Positions 1-9,457 are shown, counted from the stretch's first letter. The stretch: 64,000 nucleotides of DNA from Verrucomicrobiia bacterium (GCA_036490655.1 DASXDM010000001.1:1866-65865), one strand, 5' to 3'. The notes: generated by a model not told the origin, from the sequence alone. Translations and numbers: made by a program.

Positions 1-11
1 ACGCTTATCGG

Positions 12-1166
12 TTGAATGTGACAGGGACGGCGATACCGAACAGCGGTTGTACTTTGGGCGAGTTACGGTTGTATGCGTTCAGCCCGGTGCCGTCGTTGTG
101 GCGGCAGACCGGGTGGCCCGACACGGTGCAGCCCAGGGACGTGGCCTGTTCCGCAGACGGACAAAAAGTTTATGCGGCCACGGTCTCAGGCATTTGGGCG
201 TCTTACGACGGCGGCATCACCTGGGCGCAAACGATGGCGCCGTCGGATAATTTCGATTCCATTGCGTGTTCTTCCGATGGCAGCATCGTGGCCGGCGGGA
301 ATCAGACGTTTGTGATGACTTCCACGGACAGCGGCGCCGATTGGGGATCTTACTCGATCACCGGCGGAGGCACGGAATGGATGGATATGTCCGCCAACGG
401 GCAGGTGATCATGTGCGGGCCCCGGCTTGCGATCTCCACGGACGGCGGCGCAGACTGGAACGGAAACTCATTAGACGCCGCCGGAGCCGGTGGTGTGGCA
501 GTCGCCCGCAACGGCGGATTGCTGATCGCCGCGGGCCATGGAACAAGCGCAGACAACGGCATCTATACCTCGACCAATTCAGGATCCACCTGGCAACCGA
601 CGAGCGCGCCGAACGCAAATTATAACGGGCTGGCGGCGTCGGCGGACGGCTCAAACATTTTGGCGGTTGGATATGCCGACGGCATTTATGTTTCGACCAA
701 TGCGGGAGCCACGTTTGCACATATCGCCTTTGGGAATCCATGGTTCGGCGCCAGCGTGTCGGCCGATGGCAGCAGATTTGTGCTCCAGGACATCGGCGGC
801 AACGTATATTACTCGACCGATCATGGAACGACCTGGACGTTCAGTATCCCGACCGGCAGCACTTCGGAATGGCTCAATTCAGCCGTGACGACAAATGGCA
901 GCAAGGCGTTTATCATTGGCGAATATCAGAACTCACTTTGGGTGGGCGTTTTCGGAGCTTCGACTCCAGCGCCGGTTTCCCTGAGCGTGAAGAACGGGTC
1001 CGCGGTTTTGTCGTGGGCGGGGTCGTCTTCCTACGCCACGCTCCAGCGAAGCACCGACCTGACCAATTGGACGGATGTTCCGTATCCGGTGCAGAATAAC
1101 GGCACTAATTTTCAGAGCACGGACCTGCTGTTGCAGAAGGCGTTTTATCGGCTCAAGTCGCCGTAA
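12..1166 (+). CDS. BNR/Asp-box repeat beta-propeller protein with C-terminal FYR-ending domain; possibly 5' truncated by the window edge
   Basis: Repeated SxDxGxTW motifs (SYDGGITW, STDSGADW, STDGGADW, STNSGSTW, STDHGTTW). The frame stays open upstream of the TTG at nt 12. The C-terminus reads ...LQRSTDLTNWTDVP...AFYRLKSP. Confidence 0.7.
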   Translation: MNVTGTAIPNSGCTLGELRLYAFSPVPSLWRQTGWPDTVQPRDVACSADGQKVYAATVSGIWASYDGGITWAQTMAPSDNFDSIACSSDGSIVAGGNQTFVMTSTDSGADWGSYSITGGGTEWMDMSANGQVIMCGPRLAISTDGGADWNGNSLDAAGAGGVAVARNGGLLIAAGHGTSADNGIYTSTNSGSTWQPTSAPNANYNGLAASADGSNILAVGYADGIYVSTNAGATFAHIAFGNPWFGASVSADGSRFVLQDIGGNVYYSTDHGTTWTFSIPTGSTSEWLNSAVTTNGSKAFIIGEYQNSLWVGVFGASTPAPVSLSVKNGSAVLSWAGSSSYATLQRSTDLTNWTDVPYPVQNNGTNFQSTDLLLQKAFYRLKSP

Positions 1167-1310
1167 ATTTAATATTGGGAGGATTAATCAGGACTCGACG
1201 GAGTTTCGCTCCACCATGGAATGATGGCGCCGCCTTACGACAACTGCCTTTCATGCGTGCCACTGTGGTTTAATCTTTAACCCCTTTAAGCATCACGCTA
1301 TGCTTCCCGC

Positions 1311-2195
1311 GTGCAATTTCGAAAGATCACCCTCATCGGCGTTGGCCTGCTGGGCGGCTCCATTGGGTTGGCCGCCCGGACGTCCCGACTTGGCCGGGAG
1401 GTTGCCGGGTTTGCCCGCCGGCGCTTGACCATCGCTGAATGCGAAATGGTTGGCGCCACCGATTTTACGACGACCGACCTCCTCGCCGCCGTTTCCAATG
1501 CCGACGTGGTCATCCTCTGCACGCCGCTCGCGCAGATGCGCGCGCTGACCAAGCAATTTCTGCCCGCGCTCAAACGCGGCGCGATCGTCACCGATGTGGG
1601 CAGCGTGAAGGGCAGCGTGGTGCGGGAACTTGAATCGCTCGTCGCCAAAGCCGGGGCGCATTTTGTCGGCAGCCATCCGATGGCTGGCGGCGAAAAAACC
1701 GGCGTGCTGGCCGCCAAAGCGGATCTGTTCAAAAACGCGATCTGTGTCCTCACGCCAACGCGCAAATCGAATGCCGCTGCCGTGCGCAAACTGGAAGGCT
1801 TTTGGAAATCGCTCGGTTCGCGGATCGTGAAGATGCCGCCGGAAGAACACGATCTGTTTGTCAGCCGCACAAGCCATCTGCCGCATGTCGCCGCTTCGGC
1901 ACTTGCCAACTTCGTCCTCGGCCCGACGAATCCCAAAGGGCAATCGCAACTTTGCGCCGGAGGTTTTCGCGATACCACCCGCATTGCGTCCAGCTCACCC
2001 GAGATGTGGCGGGACATCGCCCTTGCCAACCGGAAAAATCTCGTGAAAGCGCTCACCGCTTTTGCCTCCGACCTTAAAAAATTCAGGAAAGTTTTGAAGA
2101 GAGAGGATGCGAAAGCGGTCCTGGAATTTTTTGAGACGGCAAAATCCCGGCGCGACGGTTGGTGCGTCAATGGACCTTCAACCCAGTCGGAATGA
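1311..2195 (+). CDS. tyrA: prephenate/arogenate dehydrogenase
   Basis: GTG start. N-terminal dinucleotide fold ITLIGVGLLGGSIG and the conserved GSHPMAGGEKTG motif. Its stop overlaps the aroA start (ATGA at 2192-2195). Confidence 0.85.
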   Translation: MQFRKITLIGVGLLGGSIGLAARTSRLGREVAGFARRRLTIAECEMVGATDFTTTDLLAAVSNADVVILCTPLAQMRALTKQFLPALKRGAIVTDVGSVKGSVVRELESLVAKAGAHFVGSHPMAGGEKTGVLAAKADLFKNAICVLTPTRKSNAAAVRKLEGFWKSLGSRIVKMPPEEHDLFVSRTSHLPHVAASALANFVLGPTNPKGQSQLCAGGFRDTTRIASSSPEMWRDIALANRKNLVKALTAFASDLKKFRKVLKREDAKAVLEFFETAKSRRDGWCVNGPSTQSE

Positions 2196-3622
2196 TGGCG
2201 CTTCCCGATCTTATCGAAATCGTGCCGCTCGAAAAGCCGGTACGCGCGGACATCACCGTGCCCGGATCCAAGAGCATCACGAATCGCGCACTTATCCTGG
2301 CCGCGCTGGCCGATGGCGAAGTAAAGCTGACCGGCGCGCTTTGGAGTGAAGACACTCAAGTAATGGTGCATGCCTTGAAGAAGTTAGGTTTCGAGATTAA
2401 AATTGAGTTTGATCCAAATGAGTTTTGCAATCGGACTATAACAGTTAGGGGACTCGGGGGGGAAATTCCTTATCACGGGTCAGCTAAAAAGCCACTTGAA
2501 CTGAATGTTGGTAATGCGGGAACGGCTGCAAGGTTTTTATCGGCATTTGTGTGTCTTGGAAAAGGATTTTATCGGTTGCGTGGTGTTTCGCGAATGCACG
2601 AACGACCTCAAAAAGGATTGTTTGAGGCTATACGTGCACCATCGACGCTTCTTGAAAAATTATTCAGCCCATTTTCCTTACGCACACTGGGGTATTCGGT
2701 TGATTCACCTAATGGTAAACTACCTGTTGTAATTCATGGTACAGGACCAAGGCCTGGAACTAAATGCACTGTAAGTATTGAGGAAAGCTCTCAATTCGCT
2801 TCAGCATTACTCTTATGTGCAGAAGTTGGTGGTTGGAAAGTTAAAGTTCTCGGTGAAAATGCAGAAGAGTCTCCGTATGTGGCAATGACGATAAAGCTAA
2901 TCGAAAAATTTCCAAAAAAAGGAGGAATATTTAAAATCGAACCGGATGCCTCCAGCGGAAGTTATTTTTGGGCCGTTGGTTGGCTATTTCCAACGCCCTT
3001 AGATTCTCCAGACCAAAAAACAGGTGCGATTTCTCACTTTGACTTGAATCTTTATATGCAAGGGAAAATCGCCAAGCCAAAGTTTTTTTCTGCAAGGGTT
3101 CTTCGTTGGCCAAATTCAGATTGGCAAATTGATCAATGGTTTCCATTTCAACTCCCTGATCCACCTGATTTCAAGGGTGTCACATCGCGTATTCACGATA
3201 TGGGCGACAGCATTATGACGGCGATTACGATTGCTCCATTTGCCAATAAAAAATGCTGTTTTACTGATTTAGGCCGGCTTCGTGTTCAAGAAACCGAACG
3301 TGTTGAAGCTTTAAAGGCAGAGTTGACCCGATGTGGTGCAAATGTGATTGAAGATAAAGAGAACGATACATTGACGATTTCTCCGTCGCAGCTTCATGGC
3401 GCCGAGATTGAGACGTACAATGACCATCGGATGGCGATGTGTTTTGCGATTTTGGGATTGAAAGTGCCGGGGATCAAAATCAAGAATCCGGCCTGCGTGA
3501 AGAAGACATTCCCGAATTTTTTCCAAAAACTGGCTGCCGCGCCGCCGAAGGGGCTGGGCGCGACGATTCGAGACGCGAAAACAGGGCGAAAATTATCGCA
3601 TGAAGAGTTGTTTGCTGACTAA
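2192..3622 (+). CDS. aroA: 3-phosphoshikimate 1-carboxyvinyltransferase (EPSP synthase)
   Basis: VPGSKSITNRALILAALADG signature near the N-terminus, and ...ETYNDHRMAMCFAILGL...CVKKTFPNFF at the C-terminus. The ATG at 2192 overlaps the tyrA stop. An internal block has atypical low GC (see findings). Confidence 0.9.
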   Translation: MMALPDLIEIVPLEKPVRADITVPGSKSITNRALILAALADGEVKLTGALWSEDTQVMVHALKKLGFEIKIEFDPNEFCNRTITVRGLGGEIPYHGSAKKPLELNVGNAGTAARFLSAFVCLGKGFYRLRGVSRMHERPQKGLFEAIRAPSTLLEKLFSPFSLRTLGYSVDSPNGKLPVVIHGTGPRPGTKCTVSIEESSQFASALLLCAEVGGWKVKVLGENAEESPYVAMTIKLIEKFPKKGGIFKIEPDASSGSYFWAVGWLFPTPLDSPDQKTGAISHFDLNLYMQGKIAKPKFFSARVLRWPNSDWQIDQWFPFQLPDPPDFKGVTSRIHDMGDSIMTAITIAPFANKKCCFTDLGRLRVQETERVEALKAELTRCGANVIEDKENDTLTISPSQLHGAEIETYNDHRMAMCFAILGLKVPGIKIKNPACVKKTFPNFFQKLAAAPPKGLGATIRDAKTGRKLSHEELFAD

Positions 3623-3771
3623 ATGAGACAGAATTAACAGAATAGACAAAAAAACGGCAAAAGGAAGAAGACAGATTTAACACCAAGAAAACGAAGGGAA
3701 CAAAGAAAGACAGCATTTTTCGGGAAAAGCAGAGGGAAGAACAGACAGAATCAACGGAATTTAATTTAAAT

Positions 3772-4428
3772 TTGAAAAATCCAACTGTGATCGCCATTGA
3801 CGGCACGAGCGCAAGCGGCAAGAGCACGAATGCCAAGCTCGTCGCCAAATCCCTGGGTTATGTTTACGTGGATACCGGCGCGATGTATCGCACGCTCTCC
3901 TGGTATTGTCTCCAAAAGCGCATTGAGGTGAGCGACGCCAAAGCTGTGACCCTGGCTTGCCGGAAATGGAAGACCACCCTGGAATGCGTTGAGAAAAACG
4001 GCCTGCGCGTCGTGCATTTGCTGGTGGATGGATATTATCCGGAGGCGGAAATCCGCACTGCCGAGACGAGCGCCGCCGTGTCGCACGTGGCGGCCGTGCC
4101 CAAAGTCCGCGAATGGATGGTCAAACGCCAGCGCGAATGCATCCAGTTCGGCGACCTCGTCATGGAAGGGCGCGATATCGGCACGAATGTTTTTCCCGAG
4201 ACGGACTATAAATTCTATCTCGACGCGCAATTGGAAGAGCGCTCCCGCCGCCGCGCCGCCGACGGCATCCAGGAAAACCTTGCCGCGCGTGACCAACGCG
4301 ACAGCCAGCGCGCCGTCGCGCCGTTGATGATCCCGCTGGGCGCCAAGGTCATCAATAATTCGCAGATGACTTCTGCGCAGACGAGCGGATTGATTCTGGA
4401 AGAGATCCAGAGTCGAGAGAAGCGGTGA
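3772..4428 (+). CDS. cmk: cytidylate kinase
   Basis: VIAIDGTSASGKST P-loop followed by YVDTGAMYR. TTG start at 3772. Confidence 0.85.
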   Translation: MKNPTVIAIDGTSASGKSTNAKLVAKSLGYVYVDTGAMYRTLSWYCLQKRIEVSDAKAVTLACRKWKTTLECVEKNGLRVVHLLVDGYYPEAEIRTAETSAAVSHVAAVPKVREWMVKRQRECIQFGDLVMEGRDIGTNVFPETDYKFYLDAQLEERSRRRAADGIQENLAARDQRDSQRAVAPLMIPLGAKVINNSQMTSAQTSGLILEEIQSREKR

Positions 4429-4460
4429 AAGGCCGGTTGAGTGATGGAAAGTATAAAAGA

Positions 4461-4495
4461 AACATTCAACATTCAACATTCAACGCCCAACATCC
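4461..4495 (+). repeat. heptamer tandem repeat (aacattc x3 perfect, then aacgccc and aacatcc)
   Basis: Read directly from aacattcaacattcaacattcaacgcccaacatcc. Intergenic, between cmk and plsC. Confidence 0.9.
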
Positions 4496-4556
4496 AAGGG
4501 CGAAGTTGCCCCCTCCCCACGAATCTCAGGGGAATCTCAGGCAGCCATTTTTCTTT

Positions 4557-4600
4557 TCTCACCCCTCACCCTAACCCTCCCCCCGTTGAGGGGAGAGGGA
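4557..4600 (+). repeat. REP-like hairpin element, copy 1 (tctcacccctcaccctaaccctccccccgttgaggggagaggga)
   Basis: Stem ctcccc (4577-4582) pairs with ggggag (4590-4595). About 80% identical, in the same orientation, to 45292-45336. Confidence 0.7.
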
Positions 4601-4685
4601 ACAGCGAGAGAAGGGTCATTGGCAATGGAAAGCCTCGCCGGGAGATTCCGCCATACGTATTTCAAACTGGAAAACAGAGCTATCG

Positions 4686-5324
4686 ATGAATCTATCCTAT
4701 CGCCTTGGCTGGATGTTTTTTCGCACTGTGTATGCGACGTACTTTCGCTGGCGCGTTTTCAATCCTGAGCGGGTCCCGCAAACGGGCGGGGTGATCCTGG
4801 CCGCGAACCACGCGAGCTACATCGATCCGCCGCTGGTCGGTTCGGGATTGACCCGGTCCATCAATTATATGGCGCGCGAAAGTTTGTTTCGCTTCGTCGG
4901 CATCGGCGCGTTGTTGCGCTCCTGGCAGGCGGTGCCCGTTGACCGCGACGGCGGCGGGGCGCGCGGGCTGAAAAATATCATGGACCGTTTGCGGGCCGGC
5001 GGCGGGATCATTTTGTTTCCCGAGGGCACCCGCTCGCCCGATGGCAAATTGCAGCCCGCGCGTTCGGGCATCGGGCTGGTCGTGGCCAAGTCCGATGCGC
5101 CGGTCGTGCCGGTGCGCGTGTTCGGCACGTTCGAAGCGTGGGGACGGAATCAAAAGGTTCCGCACCCAAAACGGATCGCGGTCAAATATGGGATGCCGAT
5201 GCGATTTGAAAAATTACGCGCCGAGGCAAAATCTTGCGACAAGGCGCGGTTGAAACAGATCTACCAGGAAATCGCGGATGAGATCATGGCGGCGATCGCG
5301 AATTTGGAGGCGAGGGAGGATTAG
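4686..5324 (+). CDS. plsC: 1-acyl-sn-glycerol-3-phosphate acyltransferase
   Basis: Acyltransferase HX4D motif (NHASYIDPP) and FPEGTRS motif. Confidence 0.8.
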   Translation: MNLSYRLGWMFFRTVYATYFRWRVFNPERVPQTGGVILAANHASYIDPPLVGSGLTRSINYMARESLFRFVGIGALLRSWQAVPVDRDGGGARGLKNIMDRLRAGGGIILFPEGTRSPDGKLQPARSGIGLVVAKSDAPVVPVRVFGTFEAWGRNQKVPHPKRIAVKYGMPMRFEKLRAEAKSCDKARLKQIYQEIADEIMAAIANLEARED

Positions 5325-5440
5325 GCCATCTGGAAGGACACTCCTACTGTGAGAGCGCTGTCAAAGATGGAATGACTGGAGAATTACCAATAACGAATTC
5401 CGAAGGCCGGGAATCCTGTCATTTGGGCTTCGTCATCCTT

Positions 5441-5601
5441 TAGAGCATTTTAAAAAATACTGCAGCCATTCGTGGGGAAGAAGGGGGGGAAGCGGTCTTT
5501 TTGGGTTTTGGCGTCGTTTCGGCTCAGTCACAGGGTTTTCAAACATGCTCCTTCGCCAAAGCCTCGCTCCGAACGGCCACATTATTTTTTTAAATGCTCT
5601 A
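5441..5601. repeat. 18-bp inverted repeat pair (17/18 match) enclosing about 125 bp; MITE-like or long hairpin
   Basis: 5441-5458 is tagagcattttaaaaaat. The reverse complement of 5584-5601 is tagagcatttaaaaaaat. Confidence 0.6.
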
Positions 5602-5866
5602 TACCGTATCAATAAAACTATGGCCGCAGACAAGCTGCGCGCTTCGCGCGGCTTCGCAAATGGCGGCTGTGGTTAGTGCCTTCATACCCAGGGCGGCGCT
5701 CGCAGACTCGCTTGCCCTGGGCTATTTTCGGTCACCCCTCCGGGGTTTTGATTCAGCGGCTGCGCCGGATGTATTTTTTCAGGCCAGAGCCAGCTTCACA
5801 AGATGGCGCGGCTATAGTTTTGGTTTAACCGCTCTAGTCATTCGGGTTTAGGAATTAGTCGTTTTC

Positions 5867-6100
5867 CTAAATCCCAATATTCGAGAGGGTATTGCTGATG
5901 CTGTTGATGGCCTGGACGAGTTTGGGATGCGATTGCTCGAACTCGGTGAGGGACGAGCGCAGTTGTTCGGCGGGTTCCTTCAAGGCAGCCGTTTCAGCCT
6001 TCAAGGACGCCAATAATTTGAGCAACTCATCCTTGCGCTCCGCGCTGATGGATTCCGCGCGGATCTTCGCTTCAATTTCACCGATGATATCTTTGATCAT
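5867..6100 (-). CDS. small DUF4404-like helical protein
   Basis: 77 aa and helical. The C-terminal FEQSHPKLVQAINSISNTLSNIGI matches my recollection of the DUF4404 C-terminal pattern (HP.L......L...GI). Confidence 0.5.
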   Translation of the reverse strand: MIKDIIGEIEAKIRAESISAERKDELLKLLASLKAETAALKEPAEQLRSSLTEFEQSHPKLVQAINSISNTLSNIGI

Positions 6101-6136
6101 ACTTTAAAGTAATTCGTGCCGCCGATTCGGCAAGTC

Positions 6137-6793
6137 TCACCAGCGGCCGACTTTCGGCAAGAGCGGGTTGACGATTTCCCATATCTTTTCACTGACGACT
6201 TCCACCGACTCGGCACCATCCACCACTTTCACCCGTTTGGGTTCCGTGGCGGCCAGGGTCTCGTATCCTCTCGCCACGCGCTGGAAAAATTGTTTGTCGG
6301 CTTCCTCGATGCGGTCGCGGATGAAAGGCATGGTGGATTGCCGGAAGAGCCGGCGCAACTCGCTCACTTCCGGCGGGACCATCAACAGCAACGTCAGGGC
6401 CGGGCGGGTCTCGCCGACCGCCATGTTCACGACGGCTTCAACCATCTTCAGGTCCAGTCGCCGCCCAAACCCCTGATAGGCCATCGTGGAATCGTAAAAC
6501 CGGTCGCACAAAACGATATCGCCGCCGTCGAGGGCCGGACGGATGACTTCGCGCACCAGTTGGGCGCGGCTGGCGTTCATCAGCAGCAATTCCGCCTCGG
6601 AGGTCATCGCCTCGTTGGCTTTGCTGTGCTTGAGCGTGTGGCGGATCTCTTCGCCGATGGGAGTGCCGCCGGGCTCGCGTAGCGTGCGGACGCGATGGCC
6701 GATGCCGCGGACGCGCCGCGCCAGCAATTCCAATTGCGTGGATTTCCCGCACCCTTCAGTGCCTTCAAACGTGATGAACAGGCCTTTAGCCAT
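6137..6793 (-). CDS. tmk: thymidylate (dTMP) kinase
   Basis: LFITFEGTEGCGKSTQ P-loop and DRFYDSTMAYQG. The ATG at 6793 is preferred over the TTG at 6805. Confidence 0.85.
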   Translation of the reverse strand: MAKGLFITFEGTEGCGKSTQLELLARRVRGIGHRVRTLREPGGTPIGEEIRHTLKHSKANEAMTSEAELLLMNASRAQLVREVIRPALDGGDIVLCDRFYDSTMAYQGFGRRLDLKMVEAVVNMAVGETRPALTLLLMVPPEVSELRRLFRQSTMPFIRDRIEEADKQFFQRVARGYETLAATEPKRVKVVDGAESVEVVSEKIWEIVNPLLPKVGRW

Positions 6794-6814
6794 TGATGAT
6801 CTCAAATTGGACGA

Positions 6815-8215
6815 TTAAATCTTTTTCAGTTTCGGGCCTTTGGACGTATCTTCGATCGTCCAACCTTTCGCTTTCAATTCATCGCGAAGGGCATCGGCTT
6901 TTTTAAAATCTTTTGCTTTGCGGGCAGCTTGCCTGGCTTCGAGCAAGGAATTCATTTCCGGCGGGATCTCCGCATCCGGTCGTGTTCCGATTCCAAGAAC
7001 TGAATCAATTTTTTCCCATGTCGTCAATGCCATAGCGGCCTCGCCCGCGCCCAACGTATTTTCGGCGATGCGCCGGTTGGTCTCGGTCACCCATTTAAAA
7101 ACCTCGCCCCATGCCCCGGAAATGTTGAGATCTTCATCCAGCGCGCCCGTGAAACCTTGCAATGTCGCCGAGCCGGCGCCCGCCGAAGCGGAGGCTCCGG
7201 CAAGTTCCCGTAATTTGCCGATGCACTCGTCGATCCGCGCCAGCGCGGCCTTCGCGCTTTGCAGGCCGTCCATCGTGAAATTAAAAGTTTCCCGGTAATG
7301 CGCCTGCAGCAGCAGGTAACGGATCTCCCGCCCGGTAAAACCTTTCGCCAGCAGATCGCGCAGCGTGAAATAATTGCCGAGGCTCTTACTCATCTTTTTT
7401 CCCTCGACGAGCAAATGCGCCCCGTGCAGCCAATACTTCACGAATGGTTTGCCGGTGGCGCCTTCGCTCTGGGCGATCTCATCCTCGTGATGCGGAAAAA
7501 CCAGGTCCTCACCGCCCAGGTGCAGATCAAAACTATCGCCGAGGATCTTCATGCTCATGGCCGAACACTCGATGTGCCAGCCGGGACGGCCCTCGCCAAA
7601 GGGGCCCGGCCAAAAGACCTCGCCATCCTCCGGCACCCGTGATTTCCACAGCGCGAAATCAGCGATGGATTCCTTGGCGTATTCATCATTTTTGACGCGC
7701 TCGCCCGTGCGCATTTCCTCGAGATTCAATTTCAACAGTTGCCCGTAGTGGCAGCCGCAACCGCGATATTTCTCGATGGAGAAATACACCGAGCCGTCGG
7801 CGGCTTTGTAAGCGATGCCGCGGGCGATGAGTTTTTCGATCAGCGCGATGATCTCCGGGATGTGTTCGGTGGCGCGCGGTTTGACCTGCGGCTCGAGGCA
7901 ATTGAGCGCCTGCATGTCCGCGAGGAACGCCGCCTCATAGATGCCGGTGAATTCGCGCAGCGACGTCTTCTTTTCCCGGACGCCCTTGATGATCTTGTCC
8001 TCGACGTCCGTGATGTTCATCACGTGCCTGACCTGGAAGCCTTTGAACTCCAGCCAGCGCCGCACCAGGTCGGCAAAGACGAACGTGCGCCAGTTGCCGA
8101 TGTGCGCAAAATCATAGACCGTTGGCCCGCAGCAATACATTCCCACTTTGGGCGGGGCGATCGGCGAGAAATCCTGGATCGAGCGCGAAAGCGTGTTAAA
8201 AAATTTCAATCCCAT
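6815..8215 (-). CDS. cysS: cysteine--tRNA ligase
   Basis: Class I signatures HIGN (FAHIGNWR) and KMSKS (KKMSKSLGN). 466 aa. Confidence 0.92.
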   Translation of the reverse strand: MGLKFFNTLSRSIQDFSPIAPPKVGMYCCGPTVYDFAHIGNWRTFVFADLVRRWLEFKGFQVRHVMNITDVEDKIIKGVREKKTSLREFTGIYEAAFLADMQALNCLEPQVKPRATEHIPEIIALIEKLIARGIAYKAADGSVYFSIEKYRGCGCHYGQLLKLNLEEMRTGERVKNDEYAKESIADFALWKSRVPEDGEVFWPGPFGEGRPGWHIECSAMSMKILGDSFDLHLGGEDLVFPHHEDEIAQSEGATGKPFVKYWLHGAHLLVEGKKMSKSLGNYFTLRDLLAKGFTGREIRYLLLQAHYRETFNFTMDGLQSAKAALARIDECIGKLRELAGASASAGAGSATLQGFTGALDEDLNISGAWGEVFKWVTETNRRIAENTLGAGEAAMALTTWEKIDSVLGIGTRPDAEIPPEMNSLLEARQAARKAKDFKKADALRDELKAKGWTIEDTSKGPKLKKI

Positions 8216-8343
8216 CGGCCGGACAGATTAAAGTCATTCAGGCCAAAGCAAAAGCCGAATTGCGACCGAAAACAGTGGACACCATTCATTGCGGGCTTAA
8301 AATCATGTCACCAATCGCCCGTACCCAAACCCGAATCGATGTT

Positions 8344-8976
8344 ATGGAACTCAAAGTCGTCTGCGGTTGCGGTCAGAAATATGCGTTCGATGTTGAACCG
8401 GTCAGCGGTCGGATGCCGGCGCCCGTGAATTGTCCCTCATGCGGCACGGACGGCACCGATACAGCCAACGGCCTTCTTGCGCAACATTATCCCAATCAAC
8501 CGTCCGCGCTTCCGATGGCGACCCTCGCCGCCCCCGCTGCGGGTGGTCTGCGCGTGAACACAACCCGTCCACCTCTTACTTCGACGGCTGCGCCGCCGCC
8601 GATCCATGCGCCCCAGCCGATCGCGCCGATCTCATCCCTGGCCCAGCCCAAGACTGTGTCGAAGGATTTCAGCATGGGCCTCGGCATTTTGGGAGCTTTT
8701 ATCGGGGCAATCGTTGGCGGTGCGCTCGTCTATGCATTTTTCGAGTGGGTCGGCTTCCGGTTTCCGTTGTCTGGTGTGGGCATCGGCGCTTTGACGGGTT
8801 ATGGAGCGCGCCTGCTTGGGCGGGGCACGGATACCACTTTAGGAGTCATTGCCGGCGCTTTGGCGCTGGTCACCATCGTCGGGGTGTTTTATCTGATGTA
8901 TGGAGAATTTTTCCTCTTTGGGATCATTTCCATGGTCATTTGTGTCGGCGTGGCTTACCGGCTCGCGTCGGAATGA
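8344..8976 (+). CDS. hypothetical zinc-ribbon membrane protein
   Basis: N-terminal CGCG...CPSCG four-Cys ribbon, a Pro/Ala-rich linker, and C-terminal hydrophobic helices. The ATG at 8344 (MELKVVCGCGQ) is preferred over the upstream start. Confidence 0.5.
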   Translation: MELKVVCGCGQKYAFDVEPVSGRMPAPVNCPSCGTDGTDTANGLLAQHYPNQPSALPMATLAAPAAGGLRVNTTRPPLTSTAAPPPIHAPQPIAPISSLAQPKTVSKDFSMGLGILGAFIGAIVGGALVYAFFEWVGFRFPLSGVGIGALTGYGARLLGRGTDTTLGVIAGALALVTIVGVFYLMYGEFFLFGIISMVICVGVAYRLASE

Positions 8977-9457
8977 CATTGGGGCTGCGGTTCAATCGCC
9001 CTTCAACATAGGCCTGCACCCATGCCTGATAGTTCGCCTGGGCTGCGGGGCTTAAGACATTGAAAAAAGTTCTCTCGCAAATTTCGTCATCGGCATAAGA
9101 GACAGCCATGACCAGCTTGCCGTTATTGGCGAGCGCTTCGATCCCCATATTAGAACTGCTTGCGCCCTTCGACGAGTTGAGGGGCACCCAATCCAATTCC
9201 GTCCATGGCCCGTACTGATGAGTCATCTGGGGAGGCCATGCTTTGATGATTTTACCGGCATCGTCTTCAGCTTTGATCCGTCCGTGCCAAAATTCCGGCG
9301 CGATGGCCAGTCTCGAAGCCAGCCATTGATACCGCGAGTATTGGGCAGGAGTCCAAAGATCGAGGCGAAGTCCGACAAATACCCATGCGCAGGCCAGCAG
9401 CAAAAAGATGACCACGGCGGCCGTCAAAATCGTCTCCAAACCAATCTTCGCTCGCAT
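8936..9457 (-). CDS. hypothetical membrane-anchored protein
   Basis: One N-terminal TM helix (ILTAAVVIFLLLACAWVFVGL). The ATG at 9457 overlaps the stop of the upstream gene as TGATG. Its 3' end overlaps the convergent gene by 41 nt. Confidence 0.5.
   Translation of the reverse strand: MRAKIGLETILTAAVVIFLLLACAWVFVGLRLDLWTPAQYSRYQWLASRLAIAPEFWHGRIKAEDDAGKIIKAWPPQMTHQYGPWTELDWVPLNSSKGASSSNMGIEALANNGKLVMAVSYADDEICERTFFNVLSPAAQANYQAWVQAYVEGRLNRSPNVIPTRAGKPRRHK

Noticed and set aside
4461-4600. Possible CRISPR array. Other short tandem repeats at 43825-43845 and 36884-37042 were also considered.
   Set aside because: The repeat units are 6-11 nt or lie in-frame within a coding region. There are no 25-40-nt repeats alternating with unique spacers, and no cas genes are in the window.
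4441-4689. 82-aa ORF (MMESIKETFNIQHSTPNIQ...) between cmk and plsC. Similar cases are 5594-5851, 15957-16193, 45294-45599 and 43757-44149.
   Set aside because: These are translations of tandem heptamers, REP-like hairpins and palindromic repeats. They show low complexity and no coding signature.
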